The translations under genes were made by a program, and so were the position numbers. Positions 62,701 to 64,000 of a DNA stretch of 64,000 nucleotides are shown piece by piece. The DNA is from Bugula neritina (Eukaryota; Animalia; Bryozoa). How positions within the stretch are numbered: the stretch's first letter is position 1; each line of letters opens with the position of its first letter. Location: NCBI GenBank assembly GCA_964035545.1, contig OZ037767.1, positions 18,134,259 through 18,198,258 of the forward strand, read 5' to 3'. The notes below the pieces were generated by a model. The model saw only the letters and a list, made by a program, of their open reading frames with translations, was not told where the DNA came from and did no database searches.

Positions 62701-64000
62701 ACATACTGAAATACACTGTATCATACTGAAATAAACTGCAACACACTGAAGTGTACTGTAATATACAGACATGTACTGCAACAAACTGAAACATACGTCA
62801 ACATACTAAAATGTACTGCAACATACTGAGATACACTGTAATATACTGAAATATACTGCAACCTACTGCAACATACTGACATACGCTGTAACATATTGAA
62901 ATACAGTGCAACACATTGAAATATACTCTAACTAACTGAAATATAGTGTAATATACGGAAATGTACTGTGACATACTGGAATATACTGTAACACAATGAA
63001 ATATACTTCAACATACTGAAATACGCTGTAACATACTGAAATATACTGCAACCTACTGCAACATACTGAAATACACTGTAACATACTGAAATACACTGCA
63101 ACATACTACAACATACTGAAATACACTGTAACATATTGAAATACACTGCAACACACTGAAATATACTGCAACATACCGAAATATATGGTAAACTACTGAA
63201 AAATACTGTAACACATTGAAAAATACTGCAACATACTGAAATATACTGTAACACACTGAAATATACTGCAACATACTGAAATACACTGTAACATACTGAA
63301 ATATACTGCAACATACTGAAATACGCTGCTACATACTGAAATATACTGCAAAATACTGCAACATACTGAAATACACTGTAACATACTGAAATACACTGCA
63401 ACATACTGCATTATACTGACATCTACTGGGACATATGGAATTACACTGCAACAAATTGAAGTACACTGCGATGCACTGAAACATCTGGCAATATACTGAA
63501 ACGTACTGCGACACATTGATATATACTGCAACATACTGAAATATGCTGTAGCGTACTGAAATTCACTGCAACACACTGAAGTATACTGTAATATACAGAA
63601 ATGTAATGTAACAAACTGAAATATACGTCAACATACTGAAATGTACTGCAACATACTGAAATACACTGTAATATACTGAATTACACTGCAACATACTGCA
63701 ACATACTGAAATACGCTGTAACATATTGAAATACACTGTAACACATGAAATATACTGTAACTCACTGAAATATAGTTTAATATAGGTAAATGTACTGCAA
63801 CATACTGGAATATACGGCAACATACGTAAATATACTGCGACAGATTGAAATATACTGCAACATACTGAAATTTAATGCAAGATACTGCAATATACTGAAA
63901 TACACCGTGACATACTGAGATACATTGCAACATACTGCAACATACTGCAACATACTGAAATACACTGTAACATATTGAAATACACTGCAACACATTGAAA
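39690..64000 (+). repeat. Tandem duplication, period 14,270 bp (about 39,690-53,960; second copy 53,960 to beyond the window end)
   Basis: ORF pairs 40661/54931, 44602/58872, 47252/61522 and 49293/63563 are offset by 14,270. The first ~1.7 kb of the match carries more differences than the rest. Confidence 0.93.
46430..55140 (+). repeat. Nested tandem of ~3.4-3.5 kb units (3,400 bp; 3,510 bp; then a partial copy with a 540-bp deletion)
   Basis: Offsets are 46682/50082 = 3,400, 48153/51663 and 49293/52803 = 3,510, and 50652/53622 = 2,970. The junction at ~53,470 joins sequence equivalent to 49,960 to sequence equivalent to 50,501. Confidence 0.85.

Larger units (their letters stand above)
1..64000 (+). 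repeat. Satellite DNA array, 10-bp monomer CTG[A/C/T]AA[C/T]A[T/C]A, head-to-tail, single orientation, running off both window ends
   Basis: Each printed 10-base block in 1-22,530 is one monomer (ctgcaacata, ctgaaatata, ctgaaataca, ctgtaacata and point variants). The same monomers continue in shifted register to 64,000. No inversion or unique insert was seen. Confidence 0.99.
20101..64000 (+). repeat. Satellite subfamily R (right domain)
   Basis: Diagnostic variants gtgtaatata-cggaaatgta, ctctaactca, ctgcaaccta, tggtaaacta and ctgacatacg dominate. All register-shifting indels lie in this domain. Confidence 0.9.

Noticed and set aside
16-63995. Hundreds of minus-strand ORFs (61-439 aa) as protein-coding genes
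   Set aside because: They overlap in all three frames with the same low-complexity peptide. They show 10-nt rather than 3-nt periodicity and no recognisable domain, and they begin and end at chance variants.
1-64000. CRISPR array
   Set aside because: There is no constant repeat separated by unique spacers and no cas genes; the variable parts are point variants of the same 10-mer.
1-64000. Telomeric repeat tract
   Set aside because: There is no G-run-rich strand. The units are heterogeneous and arranged in kb-scale HORs, which fits recombinational amplification rather than telomerase addition.
1-64000. Assignment to a known short satellite (human HSAT2/3 CATTC, Drosophila AATAACATAG) or to an organism
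   Set aside because: The consensus matches neither, and nothing in the window identifies the species without a database search.
1-64000. TATA boxes, heat-shock elements, and hairpins from short palindromes (TGCA, TATA, TACACTGTA)
   Set aside because: These are by-products of the monomer. GAA units are all direct rather than alternating inverted as in heat-shock elements, the stems are only ~4 bp, and there is no gene to regulate.
1-64000. Transposon, rRNA/tRNA or other unique insertion inside the array
   Set aside because: On reading through, every segment aligns to the 10-bp monomer; no foreign sequence, terminal repeat or strand switch was seen.
1-64000. Synthetic or sequencing-artefact sequence
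   Set aside because: Nested duplications with graded divergence, shared derived indels and copy-specific SNPs look like natural evolution, although local mis-assembly cannot be excluded.

Overview
The whole 64 kb window is one uninterrupted, single-orientation satellite DNA array built on a 10-bp monomer (consensus CTG[A/C/T]AA[C/T]A[T/C]A). The commonest units are CTGCAACATA, CTGAAATATA, CTGAAATACA and CTGTAACATA. I see no unique sequence, credible gene, RNA gene, transposon or CRISPR array. All ORFs in the track are minus-strand artefacts of a repeat that lacks stop codons on that strand. The structure is a nested hierarchy: 10-bp monomer, ~20-bp A/B dimer, a ~0.6-1.3 kb modular higher-order repeat with a conserved backbone, then near-identical tandem duplications of about 1.4, 3.4-3.5, 4.28, 6.5, 10.64 and 14.27 kb, plus an older ~5.1 kb duplication. 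Two subfamilies meet at about 20.1 kb. The most unusual signal is conservation of the 10-bp register. There is no phase-shifting indel in the first 22,530 bp, and only 20 register shifts (7 distinct events) in the whole window. From 36.2 kb to the end the shifts alternate strictly +1/-1, including two different +1 insertions ~60 bp apart in homologous blocks. The array looks like eukaryotic heterochromatic or (peri)centromeric satellite, but I cannot identify the organism or a named family from the sequence. Breakpoints were read by eye and from ORF-track offsets, so they are approximate.
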